64,000 nucleotides of DNA from Candidatus Poribacteria bacterium. Lineage in GTDB: Bacteria; Poribacteria; WGA-4E; WGA-3G. Shown in pieces: positions 1-8,263 of the stretch; position 1 is the stretch's first letter, and each line of letters begins with the position of its first letter. A model generated the notes under the pieces. That model worked only from the letters and a program-made list of their open reading frames with translations, did no database searches and was not told the DNA's origin. The translations under genes were made by a program, and so were the position numbers. Location: the NCBI GenBank assembly GCA_022819945.1, contig JAJEGI010000021.1, positions 9,310 through 73,309 on the forward strand, given 5' to 3'.

Positions 1-221
1 TCGTTTGCTATTACATCTCGGAAATCGGTAGTTGTGCGTTCAAATCCGAAACGCGTTTTTGCCTCGATTGTGCGTTCGACGACATCATCTGCACAGATGA
101 TAAGTTCAGGTTGAAGTGGGTTGTCGTAAAACCGGTCTTTGATCTGGCGATAAGCACGAGCGTGCGTCATGCCCATCCATCCCATACCGATAATGCCGAT
201 GCCTATTGTATTTTTTCCCAT
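1..221 (-). CDS. Gfo/Idh/MocA family oxidoreductase, N-terminal part (runs off window)
   Basis: Manual translation from ATG at 221: MGKNTIGIGIIGMGWMGMTHARAY..., with Rossmann GxGxxG followed by H, typical of the family; not in the ORF track. Confidence 0.85.
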   Translation of the reverse strand, partial: MGKNTIGIGIIGMGWMGMTHARAYRQIKDRFYDNPLQPELIICADDVVERTIEAKTRFGFERTTTDFRDVIAN

Positions 222-245
222 TCTTTTGATATATTGTGATGAGTT

Positions 246-274
246 GCTGGGTTCGTTCCGTTCAACCCAGCCTA
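246..274. repeat. REP-like palindrome
   Basis: GCTGGGTT-cgttccgttc-AACCCAGC-cta intergenic hairpin. Confidence 0.6.
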
Positions 275-279
275 AAGTT

Positions 280-999
280 CTATTGAGGTCTGAGGGTGGA
301 TCCTTTTTTCAGATGTCCCCAAGTCGTTGTGAGTTTGGTTTGTGGTTCAACGGGACGCGGTTTTCCGGGGCCTCCGTCGCGGATATTTTCGCCTGTGATT
401 TCGACATCATCAAAGTGTGCACGGCCATCTGCGACGACGAGACCGGCTTGCCCTCCTTTTAAGAGATCCTCATCAAGCGCGATAAATACTGCGTCGTCAA
501 TTTTAAATTCGAGTGTGCCATCTTCGTAGATAGTGGCGGTCAGATCATACCAGGTATCAATTTCCGCTTCAAATGGGTAGGTGATGATGTTCCAATCGTT
601 TTGAGCTGCCTTTATAATTCGGACGGTGCCAAAGATATAATCGAGAAAAAAGAGGTAGCGGCTATCCTCTTCGCCTCTATCGTGGAGTGTCAGTCCGATG
701 GTTGGTGGTTCGTTCTTATCTTCCACCAACTTTGCGCGACAGGAGAGGGAGTAGTGTTTCCAAGTAAGTTCACCTGTTAGCCAGAGACTCATAAAGCCCG
801 GTAAAAAGATTTCGCCGACGGCTTCACCATCGTCGATCCACCACTTTTCGACCTTCCGGTCGATGTTAAAGATTTTCCATTCGCGGGTGTCTTTGTCTTC
901 AAAATCGTCGCGCCATGTGCCTGCAAGGCTGGGTTGCCATGCCCAGATTGAAAGGCAGGCAAGCGTGATAACTGCGATGATTGGCATTAATTTTTTCAT
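280..999 (-). CDS. Secreted beta-sandwich (DUF1080/LamG-like) protein with C-terminal KLTTTWG motif
   Basis: Signal peptide from MKKLMPII (ATG overlaps upstream stop as ATGA); DDFED...W, GQAGL, FDDVEI; ends VEPQTKLTTTWGHLKK. Confidence 0.75.
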   Translation of the reverse strand: MKKLMPIIAVITLACLSIWAWQPSLAGTWRDDFEDKDTREWKIFNIDRKVEKWWIDDGEAVGEIFLPGFMSLWLTGELTWKHYSLSCRAKLVEDKNEPPTIGLTLHDRGEEDSRYLFFLDYIFGTVRIIKAAQNDWNIITYPFEAEIDTWYDLTATIYEDGTLEFKIDDAVFIALDEDLLKGGQAGLVVADGRAHFDDVEITGENIRDGGPGKPRPVEPQTKLTTTWGHLKKGSTLRPQ

Positions 1000-3900
1000 T
1001 CTTCTTCTCCTTCGGTTATGATACATTGTCCATTTGAGTCTGCGTAGGGGCAGGAGCAGCAATGATTCGTGTTTTTATTATAATTGCCCTGCTGCAGTGC
1101 CGAGATTTTTTCCAGCCACCGTTCGGTAGTTTCCTGTAATTCTGCTACCCTGAAATGCTTCTGTATGTATTGATCCTGTTCAATAAAAAATAAGTTAATC
1201 GTTACTCTCGGTTGTTCAGGGTAGCGTCGATGCAGAAGCAGACCGTAAAGTTCCATTTCTGGATGATACACATCTGAATCCTGAGCATCGTCGGTTTTGT
1301 AATTGATGACCTGCCAGTGTCCAGTTTTATCTTTAAAGAGTCTATCGAATCTGCCGTCAATAATATGTCCTTCAATATCGGCATGGACTTGCTGGTTCGT
1401 CCGAGTTTCGGATGCTGAGAGCGCGGTTTCTCCGAGTTGGGAGTTGATAAAATTATTAGCGGATGTATGAAGTACCGTTGTTAAGTTGCTCGTTGCTTCG
1501 GAATAATTCTCAGCAGTTTGGTTAATAATCGTGTCAAGATTGTCCGTGTCTGATTGCTGTCTTATTCGTGTGAGGGTATAGCGAATCGCGTTGTCCAATT
1601 CGTCTGCGTCAGGATCTACTTCCTCTTGCCCGTTCGTTGGGATTCGTAGCACATTTTCCAACTGGTAGCGCAATGGGCAGCGGGCATAGTTCGCAAGTTC
1701 TGTGACGGAGAAAGAGGCATGGATCCCGTTTGAATTGGGAAACTGTTTCGGACGTTCTGGGAATTCTATTGGTGTTGTTTCATCAGAAATTTTATCCACG
1801 GATTCGGGGTCTGCAAGTGCTCGAGAAATCGGAATTTGGAGATGGAATCCTTCGAGGCTTGTGTTACCATCCTTAAATACCTTTTGTTCAACATCCAAGC
1901 TCAGTGAATGGTCTTCTTCGCTGATACCGAGGTATGTGTGGAGCCATTCAAGAATTTGTTGAGGCTTACCATTATCTGGGGATGTACTTGATAAAATGAG
2001 CCGATCACGGGCACGTGTTGCCCCAACATAAAACAGCCTTTTCTTTTCCGCATCCTCTTTTTCGTCCGCCCGATTTTTCATGTAAGAAACGATCTCTGGT
2101 GCAGTTTTCTTATAATCATTATCCGGATTAAGCGGACTGAAACCGATACCGAATACGTCATCAATGAAAGGTTCACTGTTTGGTCTTCCGCTTCGATTGA
2201 GACATGGGAGTATCACAATGGGAAATTGAAGCCCCTTGGCAGCATGGATTGTCATGATTTGAATTGCACCTCTGCTTGCCTCAATCGGAGCCTGTCCTTC
2301 CCGACGTTCTTCCGTAATTAGGATATCCAGAAATTCGATAAAATCTGCAAGGGTTCGCGTGTTTTCATTGCCGTCAAAATTTCTGGCGTGTTCTAAGAGT
2401 TTTTGGTAGTTTGCCCAGCGCTGTTGTCCTTGTTTCCCAGTTTTCAGAGTTCCAATCATACCAGTTTCATTAACGATCGTGCTGATAAGTTGGTTTACAG
2501 ACATGCGGTGTGCGATCTGGATGTGTTTTTTTAGGATTGCTATTGCTCGGTTGAGGTTATCCGTACATGCTGGATGTTTCTGTGCTTTCTGCCAAAAACT
2601 ATCTCCCAGTTGCAGCGAAATTTCGTAGAGTTCAGAGTCAGAAATACCGAAAGCTGGACCGCGAAGGACCCCGACAAGAGATGTATGATGCTCTGTTGGT
2701 GCGTTGAGAAAATTGAGATAGTTCCAAAAATCGTAGATTTCTTGGCGTTGATAGAAACCGATTCCGCCAGTAGTAAGATAAGGTATGCCTGTTTCAAGTA
2801 GGGCATGTTCAATATCAGGGAGGTGTGTTCTATATTGGATAAGTATAGCGATATCGCCGTACTCAATCGGGCGCGCTACTTCGTTGCCATTATCACCGCG
2901 CAGCCACACCGTTTCTTTGTTTAGTTTCATGTTTTTGATGTGGTGTGCGATGAGGGTGTACTCGTTTACATTTTCGTCCCCCTGTTTTCCGAGAAGAATC
3001 TTGACAGTTCCATCTACAGTCGTGTGGCGAGTTTGGATAAGAGCTTCATACGGCACTTCAAATTCATTTTCATTTCCATCGCCCATCAAGTGATCAAAAA
3101 AGTAATTGACGAATCCGATCGGATCGCGTAAAGAACGAAAATTCTCTTCGAGGGAGACCTTGAAGCCGCCGTTTTCAATGATTTTTTCTTCTGTCTTTTC
3201 AAATACGCGGACATCCGAACCGCGAAACCCGTAGACGCTCTGCTTCGGGTCGCCGACGATAAATAGATTTGCGTTTTTCATTTTGCTTGTCAGCAGCATC
3301 ACCAACTCGTACTGTAGTTCATTTGTATCCTGATATTCGTCTACCATGTAATACTTGTGTCGGGATACCAATTTCTGTCGGATACCTTCGTTGTTGCGGA
3401 GCAAATCGCGGGTTTTCAACTGTAGATCGTTGAAATCAAGTGCGCCTTGGGAGAATTTGGCAATTTCATAGTCGTTGAGAATTCGTTTGTAGAGTGTAAG
3501 TAGATCGCGGATTGTACTGAGCAGGAAATCATCATCCGCTCCGAGAGAAGGAGTATCTTTAATCTTCTTCGCAGCTGATACCAAAAAATTAATCTCGGTC
3601 TCAATATGTGTTGTTTCAACTTTGAGTCCCATAAAATCTCTTTTCGCAATGGTATTTGTTCCAGTGACGATTAAATTGGCAATTTCTTTAAGCAAGTTCA
3701 ACACTTCAATCGAGTTTAGGTTTTGCCCAGATAGTGTTTCTAATTGTTGAGTTAAATCCCTAACCGCATCACTATTTTTAGCACTCGCAACTACCAAAAC
3801 GGCATTTAAGCATCGGATGAATTCAACAACATCAAGTACCGACATCAATGTTATGAAGACACTTTTTTGCCATGACTGACGTATCTCGGATTCGCTTTGA

Positions 3901-4478
3901 CGGTCATAAATTTCTCGCGTGAGCTGCGCTATGATGTCACGTTTGTCCACCATAGTGGAAAAGAGTTCTTCCAGTTTTTGACGGTTTATATAGCATTGTA
4001 ACACACGGCGGAGTTTGGGGTAATGTCTGTCTTCTTGGTTTATAGCAATATCCTTAAGTGTTTTCTTAAGGGTTTCTTGTAGTAAGAGTTTCTGATCAAT
4101 ACTTGATAGCGTGTTAAAGTTAGCGGGGACACCGGCTTGGAAAGGGAATTCCCGCAGAATACTTGAACAGAACGCGTGGATGGTTGAGATGTGTGCTGAG
4201 TTCATCTCATCGCGAAAACGTTGAAGTGAATTACTGTGTTCTACGTTGGCGTTTTCTACTTTCTCAGACATCTCTTCAATAATTCGCTCCTTCATTTCAG
4301 CGGCGGCTTTATCTGTGAAGGTGATCGCGACAATTTCCCGCGGCGTGACATTGCCCTCACGCAGAATTTTGAGGTAACGTTCAACCAACACAGTGGTTTT
4401 TCCGGATCCGGCACCGGCAGTTACACAGACATGTTTATTTATGTTGAGAGCTTCTTGCTGACTTGGTGTTAATCTCAT
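996..4478 (-). CDS. addA: AddA-like UvrD helicase with C-terminal PD-(D/E)xK-fold domain
   Basis: AGAGSGKT, ITFT, STIHAFC, VDEYQDTN, VGDPKQSVYGFRG, MTIHAAKGLQF, YVGATRARD motifs. Confidence 0.85.
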   Translation of the reverse strand: MRLTPSQQEALNINKHVCVTAGAGSGKTTVLVERYLKILREGNVTPREIVAITFTDKAAAEMKERIIEEMSEKVENANVEHSNSLQRFRDEMNSAHISTIHAFCSSILREFPFQAGVPANFNTLSSIDQKLLLQETLKKTLKDIAINQEDRHYPKLRRVLQCYINRQKLEELFSTMVDKRDIIAQLTREIYDRQSESEIRQSWQKSVFITLMSVLDVVEFIRCLNAVLVVASAKNSDAVRDLTQQLETLSGQNLNSIEVLNLLKEIANLIVTGTNTIAKRDFMGLKVETTHIETEINFLVSAAKKIKDTPSLGADDDFLLSTIRDLLTLYKRILNDYEIAKFSQGALDFNDLQLKTRDLLRNNEGIRQKLVSRHKYYMVDEYQDTNELQYELVMLLTSKMKNANLFIVGDPKQSVYGFRGSDVRVFEKTEEKIIENGGFKVSLEENFRSLRDPIGFVNYFFDHLMGDGNENEFEVPYEALIQTRHTTVDGTVKILLGKQGDENVNEYTLIAHHIKNMKLNKETVWLRGDNGNEVARPIEYGDIAILIQYRTHLPDIEHALLETGIPYLTTGGIGFYQRQEIYDFWNYLNFLNAPTEHHTSLVGVLRGPAFGISDSELYEISLQLGDSFWQKAQKHPACTDNLNRAIAILKKHIQIAHRMSVNQLISTIVNETGMIGTLKTGKQGQQRWANYQKLLEHARNFDGNENTRTLADFIEFLDILITEERREGQAPIEASRGAIQIMTIHAAKGLQFPIVILPCLNRSGRPNSEPFIDDVFGIGFSPLNPDNDYKKTAPEIVSYMKNRADEKEDAEKKRLFYVGATRARDRLILSSTSPDNGKPQQILEWLHTYLGISEEDHSLSLDVEQKVFKDGNTSLEGFHLQIPISRALADPESVDKISDETTPIEFPERPKQFPNSNGIHASFSVTELANYARCPLRYQLENVLRIPTNGQEEVDPDADELDNAIRYTLTRIRQQSDTDNLDTIINQTAENYSEATSNLTTVLHTSANNFINSQLGETALSASETRTNQQVHADIEGHIIDGRFDRLFKDKTGHWQVINYKTDDAQDSDVYHPEMELYGLLLHRRYPEQPRVTINLFFIEQDQYIQKHFRVAELQETTERWLEKISALQQGNYNKNTNHCCSCPYADSNGQCIITEGEEE

Positions 4479-4510
4479 TTTTCGTTGGTTTCTTGCAGTA
4501 ATTTTGTTTA

Positions 4511-4535
4511 CGGCACGTTGGAACGTGCCTACTAC
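4511..4535. repeat. REP-like palindrome (GTAG type)
   Basis: GGCACGTT-gg-AACGTGCC-TACTAC. Confidence 0.6.
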
Positions 4536-4537
4536 TT

Positions 4538-5605
4538 TTAATCTGGGAGTGGGATGATCGCCTTCGCTGCTATTGCGACTTGCACGGTGTCTCCTGGTTT
4601 TTTTGTTTCGATACCGGGATTGTAATGGACGGCTTTGAGCGGAATATCTGCAGTTACTAACTGGTATTCTTCTATCCTGCCTAAGTAGTTGACCGCGGTA
4701 ATCTTCGCCGTTATCGTGTTTTCGGCGTGGTTGCTGTCGTTAACGATGAGTGCTTCGGGACGAATTGAGCACTGCACGGGTGTTCCCTCGCTTAAGGCGT
4801 GATACACAGTTTCGGAGTGAAGCGTTCCGATAGCGGTTTCGATTGCTGCACTGCCGTTCGATGTGTGTTGGACTTTACCTGAGATGAAATTGGTTTCGCC
4901 GACGAAGCTTGCCACAAAAGCGTTCTTTGGGAACTGATACACCTCGCGTGGGGTGCCGACTTGGATGACAATACCGTCCTGCATGATTGCCATCCGATCC
5001 GCCATAGAGAGTGCATCAACTTGGTCATGTGTGACGTAGAACATTGTGATATTTGTTCTGTCGTGGATCTGTTTTATTTCGTCGCGCATCTGTTGCCGGA
5101 GCGCAGCATCGAGGTTGCTAATCGGTTCGTCAAGGAGTAGGACGCTCGGTTCAATAACAAGGGCGCGTGCGAGTGCGATGCGCTGTTGTTGTCCACCGGA
5201 AAGTGTATTGACGGCGCGATCGCGATAGTCTACCATCTGTACCATCTCAAGGGCGCGTGTGATCTTTTCAGACCGTTCCGATCTGTCAAATTTACGGAGT
5301 GTGAGTCCGTATTCGATGTTTTCGGCGACGGACATGTGGGGCCAGAGGGCATAGTTTTGGAATACCATCCCTGTATTGCGTTGGTGTGGGGGGACATCGT
5401 TCACGACGGTATCGTCGAACCGTAATTCGCCGGCATCGGGTTTATAGAATCCTGCGACGATGCGCAAAAAGGTCGATTTGCCGCATCCGGATGGACCGAG
5501 GAGGAAGAAGAATTCGCCTTTTTCAATATTCAGGCTCACGTCGTTAACGGCGAGCGTCGTATCGAATGCTTTTGTGACATGTGTTAGTTGAACTGCAACT
5601 GCCAT
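4538..5605 (-). CDS. ABC transporter ATP-binding protein (PotA/FbpC family) with TOBE domain
   Basis: GPSGCGKS, FQNYALWPH, LSGGQQQR, LLDEP, YVTHDQ. Confidence 0.92.
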   Translation of the reverse strand: MAVAVQLTHVTKAFDTTLAVNDVSLNIEKGEFFFLLGPSGCGKSTFLRIVAGFYKPDAGELRFDDTVVNDVPPHQRNTGMVFQNYALWPHMSVAENIEYGLTLRKFDRSERSEKITRALEMVQMVDYRDRAVNTLSGGQQQRIALARALVIEPSVLLLDEPISNLDAALRQQMRDEIKQIHDRTNITMFYVTHDQVDALSMADRMAIMQDGIVIQVGTPREVYQFPKNAFVASFVGETNFISGKVQHTSNGSAAIETAIGTLHSETVYHALSEGTPVQCSIRPEALIVNDSNHAENTITAKITAVNYLGRIEEYQLVTADIPLKAVHYNPGIETKKPGDTVQVAIAAKAIIPLPD

Positions 5606-5609
5606 ATTT

Positions 5610-5660
5610 TTAAATATTGGGTTTCTGCCCCGTTTGTTCCGTTGTCAAAAACGGGTTTCT
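5610..5660. repeat. About 50 bp dispersed repeat, copy 1 (inverted relative to the copy at 15290)
   Basis: Reverse complement aagaaacccgtttttgacaacggaacaaacggggcagaaacccaatattta matches 15290-15340. Confidence 0.7.
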
Positions 5661-5717
5661 TATGTGTTTCAACAATATTGGGGTTAATTGCATGTTTTCT
5701 TATTTTTGCTCTTTTGT

Positions 5718-6527
5718 CTACGGTATGTCTTGAACGCATCGGAATCCGATGGTACTGCCAGATGAGAGATGATACCACCGATCAGCGACGCGGAGGTCTT
5801 CAGGACTCCCGCCCCATCCACCACCGCGCAAGATCCGAAAGTTTTCGTTATCTGGCGCGATTTCTCTACCGAAGCGTGGATTGTTTTCTGGACTTATGCT
5901 ATAAAATTCGCCGTTGTATTCGTCGAAACACCATTCCCATGCATTCCCTGCCATGTCGTATAAGTTATAGCCATTGGGCGGAAAGCTGCCGACGGGTGCC
6001 GTCCATTTCCATTGATCTGTTTCGCCAGTGCCGCCGAAATTCGCGTCTGTATGTGTAATTATATCACCATTCGGGTATAATTTTCCAGTCAGATTTCCGC
6101 GTGCTGCGTATTCCCATTCTGCTTCGGTGGGTAACCGCTTGTTTGCCCATGCGGCATAGGCAGCAGCATCGCGCCAGTTCACGCGGACGACGGGGGCATC
6201 CGGGGCATTGAATCGCGGGTTATGCGATAGTGGTGGCTGCGGGTAACCTGTACTTTTAACAAATTTTTGGTAGCGTGCGTTCGTTACTTCATACTGGTCC
6301 ATGTAAAATGCGTTGAGAGTAACGGTATGCACGGGTTGTTCGTCGCTATCGCCAGTCGTGGACCCCATCTGAAATGTACCTGCCGGCATTAAGACCATTG
6401 TGGCACCGTCGATCTCAGAAACGATTTCAGCGGTGTGTTCGGTGAAGGATGAACCTTCATCGTTCTGCACGCAGGCGGATAGACTCACACAGGTGATGCA
6501 AATGAGAAGCGTGTCGGCAATCCTCAT
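5718..6527 (-). CDS. FGE-sulfatase (SUMF1-like) domain lipoprotein
   Basis: Lipobox LSAC; FQMGS, RLPTEAEWEYAARG, YDMAGNAWEW, RGGGW, GFRC; ATGA overlap with the selA stop. Confidence 0.88.
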   Translation of the reverse strand: MRIADTLLICITCVSLSACVQNDEGSSFTEHTAEIVSEIDGATMVLMPAGTFQMGSTTGDSDEQPVHTVTLNAFYMDQYEVTNARYQKFVKSTGYPQPPLSHNPRFNAPDAPVVRVNWRDAAAYAAWANKRLPTEAEWEYAARGNLTGKLYPNGDIITHTDANFGGTGETDQWKWTAPVGSFPPNGYNLYDMAGNAWEWCFDEYNGEFYSISPENNPRFGREIAPDNENFRILRGGGWGGSPEDLRVADRWYHLSSGSTIGFRCVQDIP

Positions 6528-7969
6528 AGCGATTTGGATATTTGTGTAGCGGCTTCGACGATCCACGCCAGCTCTCTTTCATAAACCGTGCGGAGATCCA
6601 ACCAGAACTGTTGATCCTTGATTCTGCCGATGACAGGCGTTGTGGTACTTCGGAACTGTGTAGCAAGCGTTTCAGCAGAGATCTCCGAAGGTTCAAGGAC
6701 AAGTGCGATACTGGGTAACGTCTCGACAGGCAGCGCGCCGCTCCCGATTTGCCCGTAGGTTTCCGAAACTTGAATGTTAACCTTTTCGCCGAAGAGGTCT
6801 TGGAGTTGTGCCTTGAGTTCTTTGGCGACGGTTTGGAGTGTCTCTATAGGGCGGGTGTAACGATTGAGCATCGGAAATTGTTCAGCGATTGTGGTGCTTT
6901 CAATGAGATAGCGTTGCAGTGTTGCTGACAGGCCGGCAATGATGAGTTTATCGACTCGGAGTGCGCGCATCATCGGGTTTTTACGCATCTTTTCGATCCA
7001 TTCCGCTTTACCGACGATGATCCCTGCCTGCGGGCCACCGAGCAGTTTGTCGCCGCTGAAAGTAACAATATCAACACCGCTGGCGATACGTTCTCCGACA
7101 AGCGGTTCGTGTGGCAGCCCATATTGCGTCATATCAATGAGTGCCCCGCTGCCGAGGTCTTCCATCGTAGGGATACCGCGTTGTGCACCGAGTTCTGTCA
7201 ATTCTTCCATCGTTGGTGTTGAAGTGAAACCGAGAATTTTATAGTTGCTCGGATGCACCTTGAGGAGCAATCCTGTGTTCTCATTGATAGCCTCGGCGTA
7301 ATCTCGGAGATGGGTTCGGTTTGTGGTCCCAACCTCACGGAGTATCGCACCACTTGCCTCCATTACGTCGGGGATACGGAATGCCCCACCGATTTCGATG
7401 AGTTCGCCGCGTGAGACGATGACTTCTTTACCGCGTGCCATCGTCTGCAGTGCGAGTAGGACGGCGGCGGCGTTGTTATTGACGACCGTGGACGCTTCGC
7501 AGCCTGTCAGCTGCTGCAGGAGCGGTTCGGTGATCCTATCGCGATGTCCTCGTTTGCCTGTTTCAATGTCGTATTCGAGGTTAACGTAGTTTTGCGCGGC
7601 TTGCTGGATGGCTTCGCAAGCAGCGTTGCTTAGCAGGGATCTGCCTAAGTTGGTATGTGTGACTGTGCCTGTCGCGTTGACGACGGGACGCATGCGTGGT
7701 GCTGTTTTGGCTACAATTTTTTGGCGTGTCCGTTCGGCGTATTCTGTGTGTTCTGGCAGTTGTGTGTAGTTTCCGCTGAGGATCTCGTTTCGGATATCAG
7801 CAACGGCGGCGCGGAGTGCTTCTGTGATGAGCGGCCGCGCGTAGGTGGCTTGCAAGTCAAGCATTTCCTGTGTGTTCAGGAGTTTTTCGATGGCGGGCAA
7901 TTGCCGGAGGAGGGTTTGTGTAGCAATAGTTGTCAAGATAGTTACCGAAAAATAGCGTTGATTTTCCAA
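6524..7969 (-). CDS. selA: L-seryl-tRNA(Sec) selenium transferase (start may be about 30 nt shorter)
   Basis: VNATGTVTHTNLGR, VNNNAAAV, SRGELIEIGG, EVGTTNRT, FSGDKLLGGPQAG. Confidence 0.96.
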   Translation of the reverse strand: MENQRYFSVTILTTIATQTLLRQLPAIEKLLNTQEMLDLQATYARPLITEALRAAVADIRNEILSGNYTQLPEHTEYAERTRQKIVAKTAPRMRPVVNATGTVTHTNLGRSLLSNAACEAIQQAAQNYVNLEYDIETGKRGHRDRITEPLLQQLTGCEASTVVNNNAAAVLLALQTMARGKEVIVSRGELIEIGGAFRIPDVMEASGAILREVGTTNRTHLRDYAEAINENTGLLLKVHPSNYKILGFTSTPTMEELTELGAQRGIPTMEDLGSGALIDMTQYGLPHEPLVGERIASGVDIVTFSGDKLLGGPQAGIIVGKAEWIEKMRKNPMMRALRVDKLIIAGLSATLQRYLIESTTIAEQFPMLNRYTRPIETLQTVAKELKAQLQDLFGEKVNIQVSETYGQIGSGALPVETLPSIALVLEPSEISAETLATQFRSTTTPVIGRIKDQQFWLDLRTVYERELAWIVEAATQISKSL

Positions 7970-8225
7970 GTGAAGGCTGTTTTCTTATAAAATAGCATAT
8001 TATATGCGAGTTGTCAAGTTGAAAACGCTTGTTAGGGGGATCTCCGAAATCTGTGGTGGAACGGTTTCCTAACCCGATTTCTTCATCTGCTGCTGGAAAG
8101 AAAGGACACATGTCAAACTTAACAACCAACCAAAACCCAAGCAAAAGACACAAGGTAAAAACTATTAATCCCAAACACCCCCTAAGCGTCAATTTTTGAT
8201 GTTCCATATTCGGCGGTATTATCAT
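7857..8225 (-). CDS. Short hypothetical single-TM protein or gene remnant
   Basis: AAGGA RBS and one hydrophobic helix; 3' part runs through the selA promoter and overlaps selA. Confidence 0.3.
   Translation of the reverse strand: MIIPPNMEHQKLTLRGCLGLIVFTLCLLLGFWLVVKFDMCPFFPAADEEIGLGNRSTTDFGDPPNKRFQLDNSHIICYFIRKQPSLGKSTLFFGNYLDNYCYTNPPPAIARHRKTPEHTGNA
7989..8017 (-). promoter_or_regulatory. Sigma70-type promoter for selA
   Basis: TTGACA-17 nt-TATTTT on the minus strand. Confidence 0.55.
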
Positions 8226-8263
8226 TGCTTTGTTCCTTTAAATAAATTGAGGATTGCTGATGC

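Noticed and set aside
996-4478. Helicase-nuclease as an anti-phage system or Cas4 locus
   Set aside because: Housekeeping context, AddA-type motifs, and no partner defence or cas genes.
5718-6527. Sulfatase-maturing formylglycine-generating enzyme for the sulfatase at 20116
   Set aside because: It lacks the catalytic Cys pair and is a lipoprotein; fold homolog only.
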